32,000 nt of DNA from Desulfotalea psychrophila LSv54 (GCF_000025945.1 NC_006138.1:1470001-1502000), one strand, 5' to 3'. Counted from the first letter of the stretch, positions 1-9,918 are shown. A program made the numbers and translations. The notes: generated by a model not told the origin, from the sequence alone.

Positions 1-1021
1 TGGCTGGCATCTTCTTATAGAGTCCACCGAGTTCGGTTAGTTTTGAGGTACCTGTTGCCTGAATGACAGCACCGGCGGCCATAAAGAGCAGTCCTTTGTA
101 GAGGATATGGGCCACGGCATGGGCTACGGTGCCGTTGATGGCAAGAGCGGTGCCGATGCCGACGCCTACGACCATATATCCCACCTGGCTGACAATTTCC
201 CAACCAAGAAGTCTGCGGATATCGTTTTCTTTAAGGGCGTAGATGATACCATAGACTGCCATGATCACACCGAGGCCGATCAGGATATCAAATCCAGCAA
301 AGGCACGAGCCAGGGTATAGACCGCAGTTTTGGTGGTAAAGGCGCAGAGAAAGACACCGCCGGTAATGGTTGATTTAGAGTAGGCATCTGGCAACCAGGA
401 GTGAAATGGAACCACGGCGGCATTAAGCATCAGGCCTACCAGAATCAGCCAGGTATAGAGCTGGGTGCCGGTTTCGCTCAGGTGGATAAAGGAGATATCT
501 CCCGTTGCTTGGTAGCGGAGGAGAAAACCGAGGAGGAGGATGACTCCTCCAAAGGTATGGACCAGAAGATAACGAAAGCCTGCTGCCAGGGCGCCCTTAT
601 CCTTGTTGAACCAGATAAGAAAGGTGGAGGCAAAGGCCATCATCTCCCAAAAGAGAAAGAGGACAAGATAGTCGGCGGCGTATATGGCCCCGAGGGATCC
701 TGCCACATAAAACCAGGCGGCAACATGTTGCCAGACACCTTTAATATGCAGGGAGTAGAGGGTGCCGATGATGGCCATAAGGGCCATGATAAAGGCAAAA
801 ACAGTGGAGAGATTATCTACCCTGCCAAAGGTTAAGGTCCACTCTCCCATGAAGGAGATTACCCCGTATGTGCCATGACTACCGTTGATATAGAGAACAT
901 CAATGAAGGTAAGGACTGGCACCAAGAGGAGATAGGCCTTTTTTAGGGCAGCGGGAATCAGTGGTAGAATGATTGCTCCGCAGATCATAATCAGGGCTGG
1001 ATGAATAAAGGCATTAGTCAT
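1..1021 (-). CDS. Proton-conducting antiporter-type subunit (NuoL/NuoM/MnhD-like), partial; 3' end lies beyond the window edge
   Basis: Manual translation from the ATG at 1021 (minus) stays open to base 1: MTNAFIHPALIMICGAIILPLIPAALKKAYLLLVPVLTF...VPFHSWLPDAYSKSTITGGVFL...LGYEIVSQVGYMVVGVGIG. The PFHSWLPDA motif is typical of the proton-antiporter family. Confidence 0.88.
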   Translation of the reverse strand, partial: MTNAFIHPALIMICGAIILPLIPAALKKAYLLLVPVLTFIDVLYINGSHGTYGVISFMGEWTLTFGRVDNLSTVFAFIMALMAIIGTLYSLHIKGVWQHVAAWFYVAGSLGAIYAADYLVLFLFWEMMAFASTFLIWFNKDKGALAAGFRYLLVHTFGGVILLLGFLLRYQATGDISFIHLSETGTQLYTWLILVGLMLNAAVVPFHSWLPDAYSKSTITGGVFLCAFTTKTAVYTLARAFAGFDILIGLGVIMAVYGIIYALKENDIRRLLGWEIVSQVGYMVVGVGIGTALAINGTVAHAVAHILYKGLLFMAAGAVIQATGTSKLTELGGLYKKMPA

Positions 1022-1262
1022 CGTAATACTCCTTCTCTTGCTGGATACCTTTGCTGAACCAGCCTGCAAAAAAGATCAGGACGACGGTTGAAAGGAGAGC
1101 AAAAATTGACCAGAAAAAAGGGATGTGCTTTTCTGCCCAGGTGTGTGCGTGGTGGCTGTCTACTCCGAAAAAGCTCCAGAGGAGAAGGATGGCCGTTGCT
1201 AAAAATATCAGCATTCGTACCAGCCTGCCGTTTTTTTGCAGGTACTCTATAATATTTGTCAT
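1014..1262 (-). CDS. Small (82 aa) predicted two-helix membrane protein between the antiporter subunit genes
   Basis: ORF overlaps both neighbours by a few bases, consistent with translational coupling. Two hydrophobic stretches: MLIFLATAILLLWSFFGV and FFWSIFALLSTVVLIFFAGWF. Confidence 0.7.
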   Translation of the reverse strand: MTNIIEYLQKNGRLVRMLIFLATAILLLWSFFGVDSHHAHTWAEKHIPFFWSIFALLSTVVLIFFAGWFSKGIQQEKEYYDD

Positions 1263-2725
1263 CCGATCACCGCCTTAACAAACTGCAACATGAAATGGGG
1301 GTAAATGCCTATTATTATTGTAACAGAGCAGGCAATGAGAATGGGGATAAGCATCGATAGAGGTGCTTCCTTTATACCCGTTTCTACCGTTCTTTTTCCA
1401 AAGAAGGCTCGGTAGGTAATGGGGGCAAAGTAGGCGGCGTTTAAGAGGGTACTGGTAATGAGCACCAGCATTATACCCATCTGATTGGCCTGAACCGAGC
1501 CAACGAGGAGATCCCATTTGGAGATAAAACCTGCAACTGGGGGAACGCCAATCATGGTAAGAGAGGCAATGGCAAAGGCCCCAAAGGTAAGGGGCATGCT
1601 CCGGCCCAATCCATCGAGTTCTGAAATATACTTTTTATGGGTGACCACGTAGATGGCGCCGGCACAGAAAAACAGGGTGATTTTGGCAAAGGCATGGTTG
1701 ACGATATGAATGAGACCGCCTTCAATACCAGCCGGGGTGAGCAGGGCAACACCGAGGATAATATAGGAGAGCTGACTTACTGTCGAGTAGGCAAGCCGTG
1801 CCTTGAGGTTATCCTTTGACATGGCAATAATAGAAGCTGCCAGAATAGTAAAGCTGACAAAATATGCCGTGGGAATACCCAGGTTAAGGGCATCCATGGT
1901 ATCAACCCCGAAAACATAGAGCATGACCCGGGTGGTACTGAAAACACCGACCTTGACCACCGCCACTGCATGGAGCAGGGCTGAGACAGGTGTTGGCGCC
2001 ACCATCGCTCCGGGGAGCCAGTGGTGAAATGGCATGATACCATTTTTGGCAAAGCCAAAGAGGCAGAATATATAGAGCATAATTACCAGGGGTTTGTTGA
2101 CCTCTGGAGGAAAGATACCCGTTGAAATATTAGGGGCAAAGTCCAGTGTTCCTGTTAGCACATAGATGAGAATCATGGCAGGCAGGAGAAGGGCCTTGGC
2201 CGTGGTGGTCAGATAGATAATGTACTTACGGGCACCGTTGTAGCTCTCCTTGTCCTGATGATGGGCTACCAGAGGATAGGTGCAGATTGAGACGATCTCA
2301 TAAAAGAGATAGAGGGTAAAGAGATTGTCTGAAAAGGCAACGCCCAGGGAACCGAATATTGCCAGGGCAAAGCAGGCATTAAAACGGGTTTGATTTACCT
2401 CCTTTGAGGCGCGCATATAGCCCATGGAGTAAAAGATAGCAATTGTCCATAGGGATGAGGCCACCAAGGCGAAGATCATCGACATGGCGTCTGCCCTTAG
2501 GGTGACCGTCACACCTGGCAGCAGGGTAAAGAGTTGAAGACGCAGGCACTCTCCCCGTAGAACGTCGGGCACCATGGAGGCGACAACGATTAGGAGTAAG
2601 ATGGATGCACATGAAGAGATTCCTTCACGGAGATTTTCCCTACGGCCATTTGTCATTACCGCAAGGGCTCCAACAAGTGGAATGAGTAGGGCAGTAAGGA
2701 GTATGAAGTCTGATCCTGATTCCAC
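1259..2725 (-). CDS. Monovalent cation/H+ antiporter subunit D family / NADH dehydrogenase-like proton-pumping subunit (NuoM/NuoL-like)
   Basis: 488-aa multi-spanning ORF with family signatures LYLFYEIVSICTYPLVAH, MPFHHWLPGAMVAPTPVSALLHAVAVVK and LAYSTVSQLSYIILG. Confidence 0.92.
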   Translation of the reverse strand: MESGSDFILLTALLIPLVGALAVMTNGRRENLREGISSCASILLLIVVASMVPDVLRGECLRLQLFTLLPGVTVTLRADAMSMIFALVASSLWTIAIFYSMGYMRASKEVNQTRFNACFALAIFGSLGVAFSDNLFTLYLFYEIVSICTYPLVAHHQDKESYNGARKYIIYLTTTAKALLLPAMILIYVLTGTLDFAPNISTGIFPPEVNKPLVIMLYIFCLFGFAKNGIMPFHHWLPGAMVAPTPVSALLHAVAVVKVGVFSTTRVMLYVFGVDTMDALNLGIPTAYFVSFTILAASIIAMSKDNLKARLAYSTVSQLSYIILGVALLTPAGIEGGLIHIVNHAFAKITLFFCAGAIYVVTHKKYISELDGLGRSMPLTFGAFAIASLTMIGVPPVAGFISKWDLLVGSVQANQMGIMLVLITSTLLNAAYFAPITYRAFFGKRTVETGIKEAPLSMLIPILIACSVTIIIGIYPHFMLQFVKAVIG

Positions 2726-2730
2726 GGTTC

Positions 2731-3057
2731 CTATCCTTTAAGTTGTGCAGTATCGTCTGCGTCAATGGATTTGTTCTGACGGTAAACTGCAATAATGATA
2801 CTCAGGGCAATGGCAGTTTCAGCCGCTGCGATGGCCATAATAAACAGGGTTATGATCTGCCCTGTTGCGGGGTCCGGGGCGGTGAAACGATTAAAGGCCA
2901 TAAAGTTTATGGACACGGAGGCCAGCACAAGTTCGGCGCAGAAGAGCATACCGATAAGGGTGCGACGGGTCAGTATGCCATAGATGCCCATGCCAAAGAG
3001 TGCCGCTGCCAGGATAAGAAATGTGTTGAGGCTGTTATAGAGATTTAAGATTTCCAT
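2731..3057 (-). CDS. nuoK: NADH-quinone oxidoreductase subunit K
   Basis: 108 aa; GIYGILTRRTLIGMLFCAELVLASVSINFMAF and AAAETAIALSIIIAVYR are characteristic of NuoK. Located next to nuoJ. Confidence 0.95.
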   Translation of the reverse strand: MEILNLYNSLNTFLILAAALFGMGIYGILTRRTLIGMLFCAELVLASVSINFMAFNRFTAPDPATGQIITLFIMAIAAAETAIALSIIIAVYRQNKSIDADDTAQLKG

Positions 3058-3578
3058 TTGCTTCGTCCCTCCCGAGCAATGGCAAGAGCTCCCAAAATTG
3101 CCGCCAGTAAAAGAATAGAGATAAGTTCAAACACCAGGGAGTACTGGGTCAGTAGCTCTATGCCGATGGTGCGCATGCTACCGTCTGTGATTTTGGCCAT
3201 TATCGGCCAATCTGCTCGGGTTACCAAAAACATCAGTGCCCCCGCCAGCATTCCTGAAACGGCAAAACCAATGGGACCGGCCAGCGGTTTTATTGGTTGC
3301 ATTTTTTTTATGCTATCCGGACTTGCCAACATGACACCAAAAGAGATGGTGATGCTCACTGCTCCGATATAGATCAGGATCTGCATCATGGAGATAAAGG
3401 GTGAGTTGAGAAAGAAGTACAATCCCGCCACACCCGTTGAGGTGAGGGCAAAGCCACAGAGCGCTCTGAAAAGCTTGTGGGCAAGGCAGGTGATAAGCCC
3501 TCCCACTAGAGTTATGGCGATGGTTACCAGAAAGACAAGGCCTACAAGGTTGTCAACGCTGAAGAGAGATGAAGTCAT
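3045..3578 (-). CDS. nuoJ: NADH-quinone oxidoreductase subunit J
   Basis: 177 aa; ALCGFALTSTGVAGLYFFLNSPFISMMQILIYIGAVSITISFGVML is NuoJ-like, in operon context. Confidence 0.93.
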   Translation of the reverse strand: MTSSLFSVDNLVGLVFLVTIAITLVGGLITCLAHKLFRALCGFALTSTGVAGLYFFLNSPFISMMQILIYIGAVSITISFGVMLASPDSIKKMQPIKPLAGPIGFAVSGMLAGALMFLVTRADWPIMAKITDGSMRTIGIELLTQYSLVFELISILLLAAILGALAIAREGRSKWKS

Positions 3579-4012
3579 TTCTTCTCCTCCAGATCTTTGA
3601 TAAGATTGTAGTAAAAATCTTCTTTTTTTGTTGAGACATGATTGTATACCCGGGAAAATTGAATAGCACCAAAGTTACAGGATTCTATACAAGAGCCACA
3701 GAGAGAGCACTTTGTGAAATCAAGTTCATAGACAGTGGCGATCTTCTTTTTGGATCCTTCGAGTTTTTCTCCGCTGACTTTTATGCAACCGGAAGGGCAG
3801 GCTCGCACGCACATACCACAGGCTACACAACGTGTGTTTCCCTCTTCGTCGCCGATGAGTTCTATATGGCCGCGAAAACGGGCGGGCATTACTTCAGTTT
3901 CATGGGGATATTGAACCGTTATCTTTGGAGTAAAGAACTCCCTTGCCGTGATACGCATACCGACAATGAGACTCCATAAGCCCAGTACAATTTCTTTTAT
4001 AAATTCTATCAT
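3575..4012 (-). CDS. nuoI: NADH-quinone oxidoreductase subunit I, 2x[4Fe-4S] protein
   Basis: Two Cys motifs, CVACGMCVRACP and CSLCGSCIESCNFGAIQF, in operon position between nuoH and nuoJ. Confidence 0.93.
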   Translation of the reverse strand: MIEFIKEIVLGLWSLIVGMRITAREFFTPKITVQYPHETEVMPARFRGHIELIGDEEGNTRCVACGMCVRACPSGCIKVSGEKLEGSKKKIATVYELDFTKCSLCGSCIESCNFGAIQFSRVYNHVSTKKEDFYYNLIKDLEEKK

Positions 4013-5010
4013 GGGGCAAATACCTTTATAAAACCTGCGGTGAGCAGAAGATTAATAAGGGAGAGAGGTATTAAAATTTTCCAGGAAAGATTTAATAACC
4101 CGTAGATAGTGGTTCGTGGAAAGGTCCAGCGAATCCAGATAAAGGTGAAGATCAGGATGTATATTTTTATCAAAAACCACCAGACACCGGGGAAGAGACC
4201 AAAGGGGCAGTCCCATCCTCCGAGAAAGAGCAGGGTGGTCAGACAGGCACCGATAACGATATTGGCGTACTCTCCCATGAAAAAGAGGCCAAAGCCCATA
4301 CTGGAATATTCAGTATGAAAACCTGCCACCAGTTCACTCTCCGCCTCACCCAGATCAAAGGGGGCCCTGTTGGTCTCAGCCAGGGAACAGATAAAAAATA
4401 TGAGAAAGGAGATGGGCATAAAGATATTGAAGAGGCCGGGTTTAAGTGGCCAGAGGTTCCAATGCCAGAAGCCACCACTTTGGGAGTGGACAATTTCTAT
4501 GAAATCCACCGAGCCACTGACCAGTACCACGGTGATTGCGGTAATCAGCATGGGGATCTCATAGGCAATGGTCTGGGATACTGCCCGAATGGCTGCCATC
4601 ATTGAATATTTGTTTCTGGAACTCCAGCCAGCCAGAAGTATTGCCAGTCCGGCAAAGGAGGCAAAGGCCAAGATAACCAGAAGCCCGATATCCATATTAT
4701 GGGCTACGATATTTTCGCTAAAGGGGATGGTAACAAAACTCATCAGGGCTGGGAACATGGCAAGTACCGGTGCCACCATGAACAGTATTTTATCTACTCC
4801 TCCTGGAATGACCAGCTGTTTGGTCATGAGCTTGATGCCGTCGACCGGGGGTTGCAACAGGCCCCACGGCCCGTTTTCCACGGGCCCCAGTCGCCTTTGG
4901 ATAAAAGCTGCTCCCCTTCGTTCTGCCCAAACAAGATATGCTGCATTTACAGCCACAAAGGCCAGGGCAATCAGAGCTGCTGCAAGAACATTTATTAATG
5001 TAAGACTCAT
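4009..5010 (-). CDS. nuoH: NADH-quinone oxidoreductase subunit H
   Basis: 333 aa; ERRGAAFIQRRLGPVENGPWGLLQPPVDGIKLMTKQ, AETNRAPFDLGEAESELVAGFHTEYSSMGFGLFFMGEYANI and FIWIRWTFPR are NuoH hallmarks. Confidence 0.97.
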   Translation of the reverse strand: MSLTLINVLAAALIALAFVAVNAAYLVWAERRGAAFIQRRLGPVENGPWGLLQPPVDGIKLMTKQLVIPGGVDKILFMVAPVLAMFPALMSFVTIPFSENIVAHNMDIGLLVILAFASFAGLAILLAGWSSRNKYSMMAAIRAVSQTIAYEIPMLITAITVVLVSGSVDFIEIVHSQSGGFWHWNLWPLKPGLFNIFMPISFLIFFICSLAETNRAPFDLGEAESELVAGFHTEYSSMGFGLFFMGEYANIVIGACLTTLLFLGGWDCPFGLFPGVWWFLIKIYILIFTFIWIRWTFPRTTIYGLLNLSWKILIPLSLINLLLTAGFIKVFAP

Positions 5011-5024
5011 AAAAAACTCCCTCT

Positions 5025-6143
5025 CTATCGATCTATCTCAGGGATAACAAGGTCTAAACTACCCATAAGGGCCAAGGCATCTGCTATGAGCATTCCTTGG
5101 CAGACTTCGTCAAAAAGGTGCATATTGGAAAAGGTCGGTGAACGAAGCTTGAGGCGATAGGCATTTTTCCCTCCGTCACTGACCAGGCGAATACCGAAGC
5201 TGCCACGTGCCGCTTCCACCGTAGAGTAGTAATCTCCCTCTGGAAGTTTGATAATCTTAGGTTTCTTTTCAGGTATAATGGGGCCACCTGGTAATTTATC
5301 CATGGCCTGCTCTATGATGCGTAGAGATTGTTCCATCTCATCCATCCGCACCATGTATCTGGCGTAGGAGTCCCCCTCATGGTAGACTGGGATATCAAAG
5401 TCAAATTCATTGTATACTGAGTATGGTTCGTTTTTACGGACATCAAAGTTGATACCTGATCCACGGGCGACGGGACCGGTGGCCCCATATTTACGGCAAA
5501 TTTCCGGGGAGATATGGCCAATATCCTTAAGACGTTTCATCAGGATGATGTTATTGGTGACAAGGTCCCGATAGGTTTTTAGGGACTTACGCATTCGAAT
5601 GATAAACTTGCGGGTGCCTACCAAAAACTCATCATCAATATCATTATAGAGTCCGCCAAAACGATAATAGCAGTAGGTCAGGCGGGAACCGGTAATGGAT
5701 TCGAGCAGATCAAGGATCTGTTCGCGGTCGTCAAAGGCGTACATCAGCGGAGAAAAGCCACCGAGATCCATGATAAAGGCACCAAACCAGACCAGATGTG
5801 ATGAAAGTCTGTTCAGCTCTACGGTGATGGCGCGGATATATTCGGCTCGTTCAGGCACTTCGATTGAGCCAGCCTTCTCTACGGCCAGAACATATCCATG
5901 ACAGTAGGCCATGGCTGAGAGATAGTCGAGTCGGCTCAGATTTGGTAGGTACTGGTTATAGGTGCGGTTTTCACCCATTTTTTCGTGCATACGATGAATA
6001 TAGCCAATGACGGTTTCGGCACTGTATATATATTCACCATCCATGGTCAGCTTTACCCGAAGCACACCGTGGGTCGCTGGATGCTGAGGACCGAGGTTGA
6101 GAGTAAATGTCTCATCCGGGTTAAGTATAATATGTTCGCTCAT
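5025..6143 (-). CDS. nuoD: NADH-quinone oxidoreductase subunit D (49 kDa)
   Basis: 372 aa; FTLNLGPQHPATHGVLRVKLTMDGE, IGYIHRMHEKMGENRTYNQYLP, DLGGFSPLMYAFDDREQI and C-terminal LDLVIPEIDR. Confidence 0.97.
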   Translation of the reverse strand: MSEHIILNPDETFTLNLGPQHPATHGVLRVKLTMDGEYIYSAETVIGYIHRMHEKMGENRTYNQYLPNLSRLDYLSAMAYCHGYVLAVEKAGSIEVPERAEYIRAITVELNRLSSHLVWFGAFIMDLGGFSPLMYAFDDREQILDLLESITGSRLTYCYYRFGGLYNDIDDEFLVGTRKFIIRMRKSLKTYRDLVTNNIILMKRLKDIGHISPEICRKYGATGPVARGSGINFDVRKNEPYSVYNEFDFDIPVYHEGDSYARYMVRMDEMEQSLRIIEQAMDKLPGGPIIPEKKPKIIKLPEGDYYSTVEAARGSFGIRLVSDGGKNAYRLKLRSPTFSNMHLFDEVCQGMLIADALALMGSLDLVIPEIDR

Positions 6144-6613
6144 GCTTTAAAGTCCTTGAGCAGAGGGTGAAAATCGGCATCCTCTGGCAGGAGCAGGGGA
6201 ATCAGATGGGGGTGGCCGGTGAAGTCTATGCCGAAGAAATCTCGTGTTTCGCGTTCATGCCAGTTGGCACCGTTGTATACCGAAGTAATAGATGGAATAA
6301 CAGGTGTGTCCCTGGAGGTACGAGTGCGGATGACGATGCGAAAAGAGTGCTCATCGTAGCGATTAAAGTCATATACCGATTCGATCTCTTCTTCCTTCGG
6401 CCAATCAACACCGGTGATGGATTCGAGGAAATAGCCGAGTTCATCGAGTACCGTAACTGTTTCAATGAGAAGATCCGGGCTGACCACGATGTTGAGGTAG
6501 TAGCCACAGATGCTGTAGTCGCTCTCTTCAACAAATGGCAGGGGCGTTGCTGTACTGTGGTCGGCAAAAAGGGATGCGAGTTTTTCTTGTGTCTGTTCTT
6601 TTATAGATGACAT
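6140..6613 (-). CDS. nuoC: NADH-quinone oxidoreductase subunit C (30 kDa)
   Basis: 157 aa; VYNGANWHERETRDFFGIDFTGHPHLIPLLLPEDADFHPLLKDF. 4-nt overlap with nuoD. Confidence 0.95.
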   Translation of the reverse strand: MSSIKEQTQEKLASLFADHSTATPLPFVEESDYSICGYYLNIVVSPDLLIETVTVLDELGYFLESITGVDWPKEEEIESVYDFNRYDEHSFRIVIRTRTSRDTPVIPSITSVYNGANWHERETRDFFGIDFTGHPHLIPLLLPEDADFHPLLKDFKA

Positions 6614-6619
6614 AGCTAA

Positions 6620-7129
6620 TTATGCAGCCTCATTTTGGGAATCAACCTTGGGCCAGCGTCTCCATCCTGTAATTTGATGTTCAAGCTCAATGATACCTTC
6701 AATCAGAGCTTCAGGACGTGGAGGGCAACCGGGAATATAGATGTCAACGGGAAGAATCTTATCGGCACCCTCTATAATACCGTACTGTCCCTCGAAGACA
6801 AAGGGACCGCCTGAGATGGCACAGTTGCCCATGGCAATAACCCACTTGGGTTCAGGCATCTGGTCATAGAGGGTTTTTATACCCTCGGCCATTTTTTTGG
6901 AGATGGTTCCTGCCACAATCATGACGTCACTCTGTCGTGCTGAGGGACGAAAGACCTCAGCTCCAAAGCGTGAGAGATCGTAGCGGGCACATCCCGCCGA
7001 CATCATTTCAATAGCACAGCAGGCGATACCAAAGGTAAGGGGCCAGAGTGAATTTGCCCTGCCAAGGGCGATAAGCTTGTCCGCTGAAGCAAATTGAACT
7101 ACGGACGATGGTATGTTTTCTGTTTCCAC
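6620..7129 (-). CDS. nuoB: NADH-quinone oxidoreductase subunit B
   Basis: 169 aa; [43 protein letters not shown] and [18 protein letters not shown]. Confidence 0.96.
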   Translation of the reverse strand: METENIPSSVVQFASADKLIALGRANSLWPLTFGIACCAIEMMSAGCARYDLSRFGAEVFRPSARQSDVMIVAGTISKKMAEGIKTLYDQMPEPKWVIAMGNCAISGGPFVFEGQYGIIEGADKILPVDIYIPGCPPRPEALIEGIIELEHQITGWRRWPKVDSQNEAA

Positions 7130-7509
7130 GTAAAAACTCCTTTAACCCATGCGTAAATAATGGCCAATGATAGTACAGAGACAAAGAGAAAAATTTCGAT
7201 AAAGTCACGCCAGATAAACATGGGATCGTTATAGGCAAGTACTACGGGAAAGAGAAAGAGTACGTCAACATCGAAGGCAAGAAAGATAAGGGCGTAGAGA
7301 TAGAAGATGACGCCATAGCGAATCCAACTGTCGCCGATGGGAGTCATACCACATTCAATAGGCTGATCTGCCTTTTGGGCGACCTGTCTTGTTCTGTTGG
7401 GCATGAAGAGGTAGACAATGGCAATGGGGCCGATGGCAAAGAGAAGACCTGCCAGGGTGAATGCCGTAATCCATAGAACGCTATCTTTGTAAAGAAATGC
7501 TGTATCCAT
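7099..7509 (-). CDS. nuoA: NADH-quinone oxidoreductase subunit A
   Basis: 136 aa; [48 protein letters not shown]. First gene of the operon. Confidence 0.94.
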   Translation of the reverse strand: MDTAFLYKDSVLWITAFTLAGLLFAIGPIAIVYLFMPNRTRQVAQKADQPIECGMTPIGDSWIRYGVIFYLYALIFLAFDVDVLFLFPVVLAYNDPMFIWRDFIEIFLFVSVLSLAIIYAWVKGVFTWKQKTYHRP

Positions 7510-7659
7510 GACAATTACACTCGAAATAATTTATTTTACTGAAAAAAGACTGTTTAGTAAAACTCTGATGAGAGAATATCAGTTTTTTCCACGAAAGCAA
7601 TCGTAAAACATGAGTACCTCTATCAATTGTTTTGATAATTAGCAAAAGAGACCATTTTG

Positions 7660-8454
7660 CTAGGAGCTAGCCGGGCTCTTTTTTTTAAAAATAATGAGAG
7701 GGCAATTTTTGCATATGTCTGCTCCAGGAAAACCGTCTCCCGGTCGGGTGATAGCACTACTGCCAAGTTTGGCCTTTCTCTCAAGCAAACGATCAACCAC
7801 GGCACCTATCTGTCTACCGGGGATAATGACATTGGTTTCACCACGTTCGGTCTTACCTGCATTGTAGGAGCCTGAACAGGAGGGTAAGGTGTTGAACTGT
7901 TGTTTATTATAGCTGTATACATTGCCACCGCAGGCAGAAGAGTTCATGGTGAGCTGGGGACGTAGGGGGTGGGTGTCTGTTGCTGCCATATAATCAATGG
8001 CAAGGTGGTATGCCTGCATATTATCACAGTAGAAGTGGACCGTGTCTAATCCTTGCAGTTTATCGGCTGCGGCAAGTGGGGCGACGGCGATTGCCAGCAA
8101 TCCCTTTGGCAGGACAGATTTGCTCTTAATAAAACGCTCTGCCTGCTCGCGATCTTTAGCGTATTTAGTATGGCCTGTTATCTCTTTATTATCCAGATCT
8201 TTCCAGCCAAAACTGTACTGGGCATTACCGCAACTGAGATCTTTTTTCTCGGCAAAGACTGTCTGCCCCTTCATGCGTGCGGCTAACTGCCACTGGCAAA
8301 AGGTCATGCGATTGGCTGGTATATAAAAATCAGCCTCCTCTTTGAATCTTTTTATTTCATTTTCTTTGTAGAAAAATTTGACGGCCACAGGAAAGTGATA
8401 AAGACGAAGTTCTTTCATGAGGCTGTCTTGCATTTCTTTGTAGCTAAGGCCCAT
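7660..8454 (-). CDS. DUF169-type conserved protein
   Basis: 264 aa; LYHFPVAVKFFYKE..., MTFCQWQLAAR and GLLAIAVAPLAAADKLQGLDTVHFYCDNMQAYHLAIDY match my recollection of the DUF169 family. No search was run. Confidence 0.7.
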   Translation of the reverse strand: MGLSYKEMQDSLMKELRLYHFPVAVKFFYKENEIKRFKEEADFYIPANRMTFCQWQLAARMKGQTVFAEKKDLSCGNAQYSFGWKDLDNKEITGHTKYAKDREQAERFIKSKSVLPKGLLAIAVAPLAAADKLQGLDTVHFYCDNMQAYHLAIDYMAATDTHPLRPQLTMNSSACGGNVYSYNKQQFNTLPSCSGSYNAGKTERGETNVIIPGRQIGAVVDRLLERKAKLGSSAITRPGDGFPGADICKNCPLIIFKKKSPASS

Positions 8455-8940
8455 TGTGCCTTCCTTATTGTCTAGTGTGAAGCTGTTGACTGATGTGTGG
8501 CCTGTGTTGCGCCGGTTAATGTACTATTTATAAATGATAGCAGAAACTTATGTAAAAGAAAAATTAAAGTGAAAAAGGGGTGATATTTACTTCATCACAG
8601 TAAGTTACTGGACTTATTCTCTCCTTTTGAAGAGGAGGTATTTGAGCTGTAATTCCCCTATTAGCAATCTGCTCTATTTTCCCCATGGCATAAGGGGAGA
8701 AAGTGTATAAGGTGTCGCCTGTTTTGGAGGGTTTGTGCCCTCATTTGATTTTCAGTTCCCTGTCTCTTGCAAAAGCCTATTCTCCTGCGAAAACACTTGT
8801 TAAACGAGAAGAAGGTGCTATGATAACTATGGAGATGTAAATAAAAGAAATAATAAGTATCAATGGGATTGAACAAGGAAAAAAAGGACGTATTGTCGGC
8901 CTCAAAGGACTGTCTCCCATGAAATGGAGTGTATAAAATT

Positions 8941-9918
8941 ATGTCTATTACTTTAAGACAATTAGAGATATTTATTGCAGTTGCAGAAACAGCACAGGTT
9001 ACTAAGGCAAGTAAAAAACTTTTTGTAACCCAGTCTGCTGTGAGTATGGCCCTTGCTGAGCTGGAAAACCAGTTGGGTGGGTCTCTCTTTGATCGTCATG
9101 GCCGGAGTTTGCTCTTGAATGCTCGTGGCCGTTACCTTCTGCCTTTAGCAAAAGAGATATCCGGGCAGATTTCGAATATTGAAGTCATCATGTCAGAGAA
9201 GAACGATACTCTTGAAGGGCATATTGAGGTAGTTGCCAGTACGACCTTGGGTAATTATATCCTGCCCTATCTTATAGGGGCCTTTAAGCGGGTGCATCCT
9301 AAGGTGCAGGTGAATATGTTGGTCTATAATACTCGTCAGGCAAAGGAGTTGGTGCGTGCGGGGAAGATGGACGTGGGCTATGTGGAAGGACCTGTTCAGG
9401 CAACGGAAGATTTACATGTGCGTCCATGGTTTGAGGATGAGCTTGTTGTTCTCTGTGGGCCGAATGATCCGTTGGCTAACAACACTGCCTTTGATGTTGA
9501 TACCGATCTTGCTGGAGCTAAATGGATTGTGCGTGAACCGGGTTCCGGTACTGCCGCCTATTTTGAGAAAAAGATGGGCAAGCACTTTGAGAATGTTTCA
9601 GTGGTAATGGAGCTGGGTCATCCCGAGGCGATCAAACGTGCCGTTGAATCCGGTGTGGGGATTTCCTGTCTCTCAGCTCTCTGTATCTGCCGTGAAAAAG
9701 AAAACGGTTGGTTAAAGAGTCTGAAGATTGAGGGGGTTGATATGAAGCGACAGCTTCGAGTTGTTCAACGAAAGGATGTTGTAATGACCGATGCGCTTGC
9801 TGAGTTTATCTCTTTTTGCGATGTGATGTCTTCCTGTAGTGAATCCCGGATTTGCCTCTCCTCTCCGTGGAAACTTCAATCCCTTCTGGCAAAGCACTCT
9901 AGCCAGAAAGGAAAATGA
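8941..9918 (+). CDS. LysR family transcriptional regulator
   Basis: N-terminal HTH MSITLRQLEIFIAVAETAQVTKASKKLFVTQSAVSMALAELENQLGGSLFDRHGRSLLLNARGR plus a substrate-binding domain. ORF track starts at 8929; the ATG at 8941 is preferred by family alignment. Confidence 0.95.
   Translation: MSITLRQLEIFIAVAETAQVTKASKKLFVTQSAVSMALAELENQLGGSLFDRHGRSLLLNARGRYLLPLAKEISGQISNIEVIMSEKNDTLEGHIEVVASTTLGNYILPYLIGAFKRVHPKVQVNMLVYNTRQAKELVRAGKMDVGYVEGPVQATEDLHVRPWFEDELVVLCGPNDPLANNTAFDVDTDLAGAKWIVREPGSGTAAYFEKKMGKHFENVSVVMELGHPEAIKRAVESGVGISCLSALCICREKENGWLKSLKIEGVDMKRQLRVVQRKDVVMTDALAEFISFCDVMSSCSESRICLSSPWKLQSLLAKHSSQKGK

Noticed and set aside
401-835. Plus-strand 144-aa ORF
   Set aside because: Antisense to the antiporter gene that translates perfectly on the minus strand. 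Lys/Gly/Asp-rich translation is typical of a shadow ORF.
7644-7690. Hairpin with a T8 run near the 3' end of the DUF169 gene (GCTAG-GAG-CTAGC ... GGGCTCTTTTTTTT)
   Set aside because: The T tract is on the plus strand, where no gene ends. The minus-strand orientation has only a short A/T run, so a terminator role is uncertain and it was not listed as a feature.
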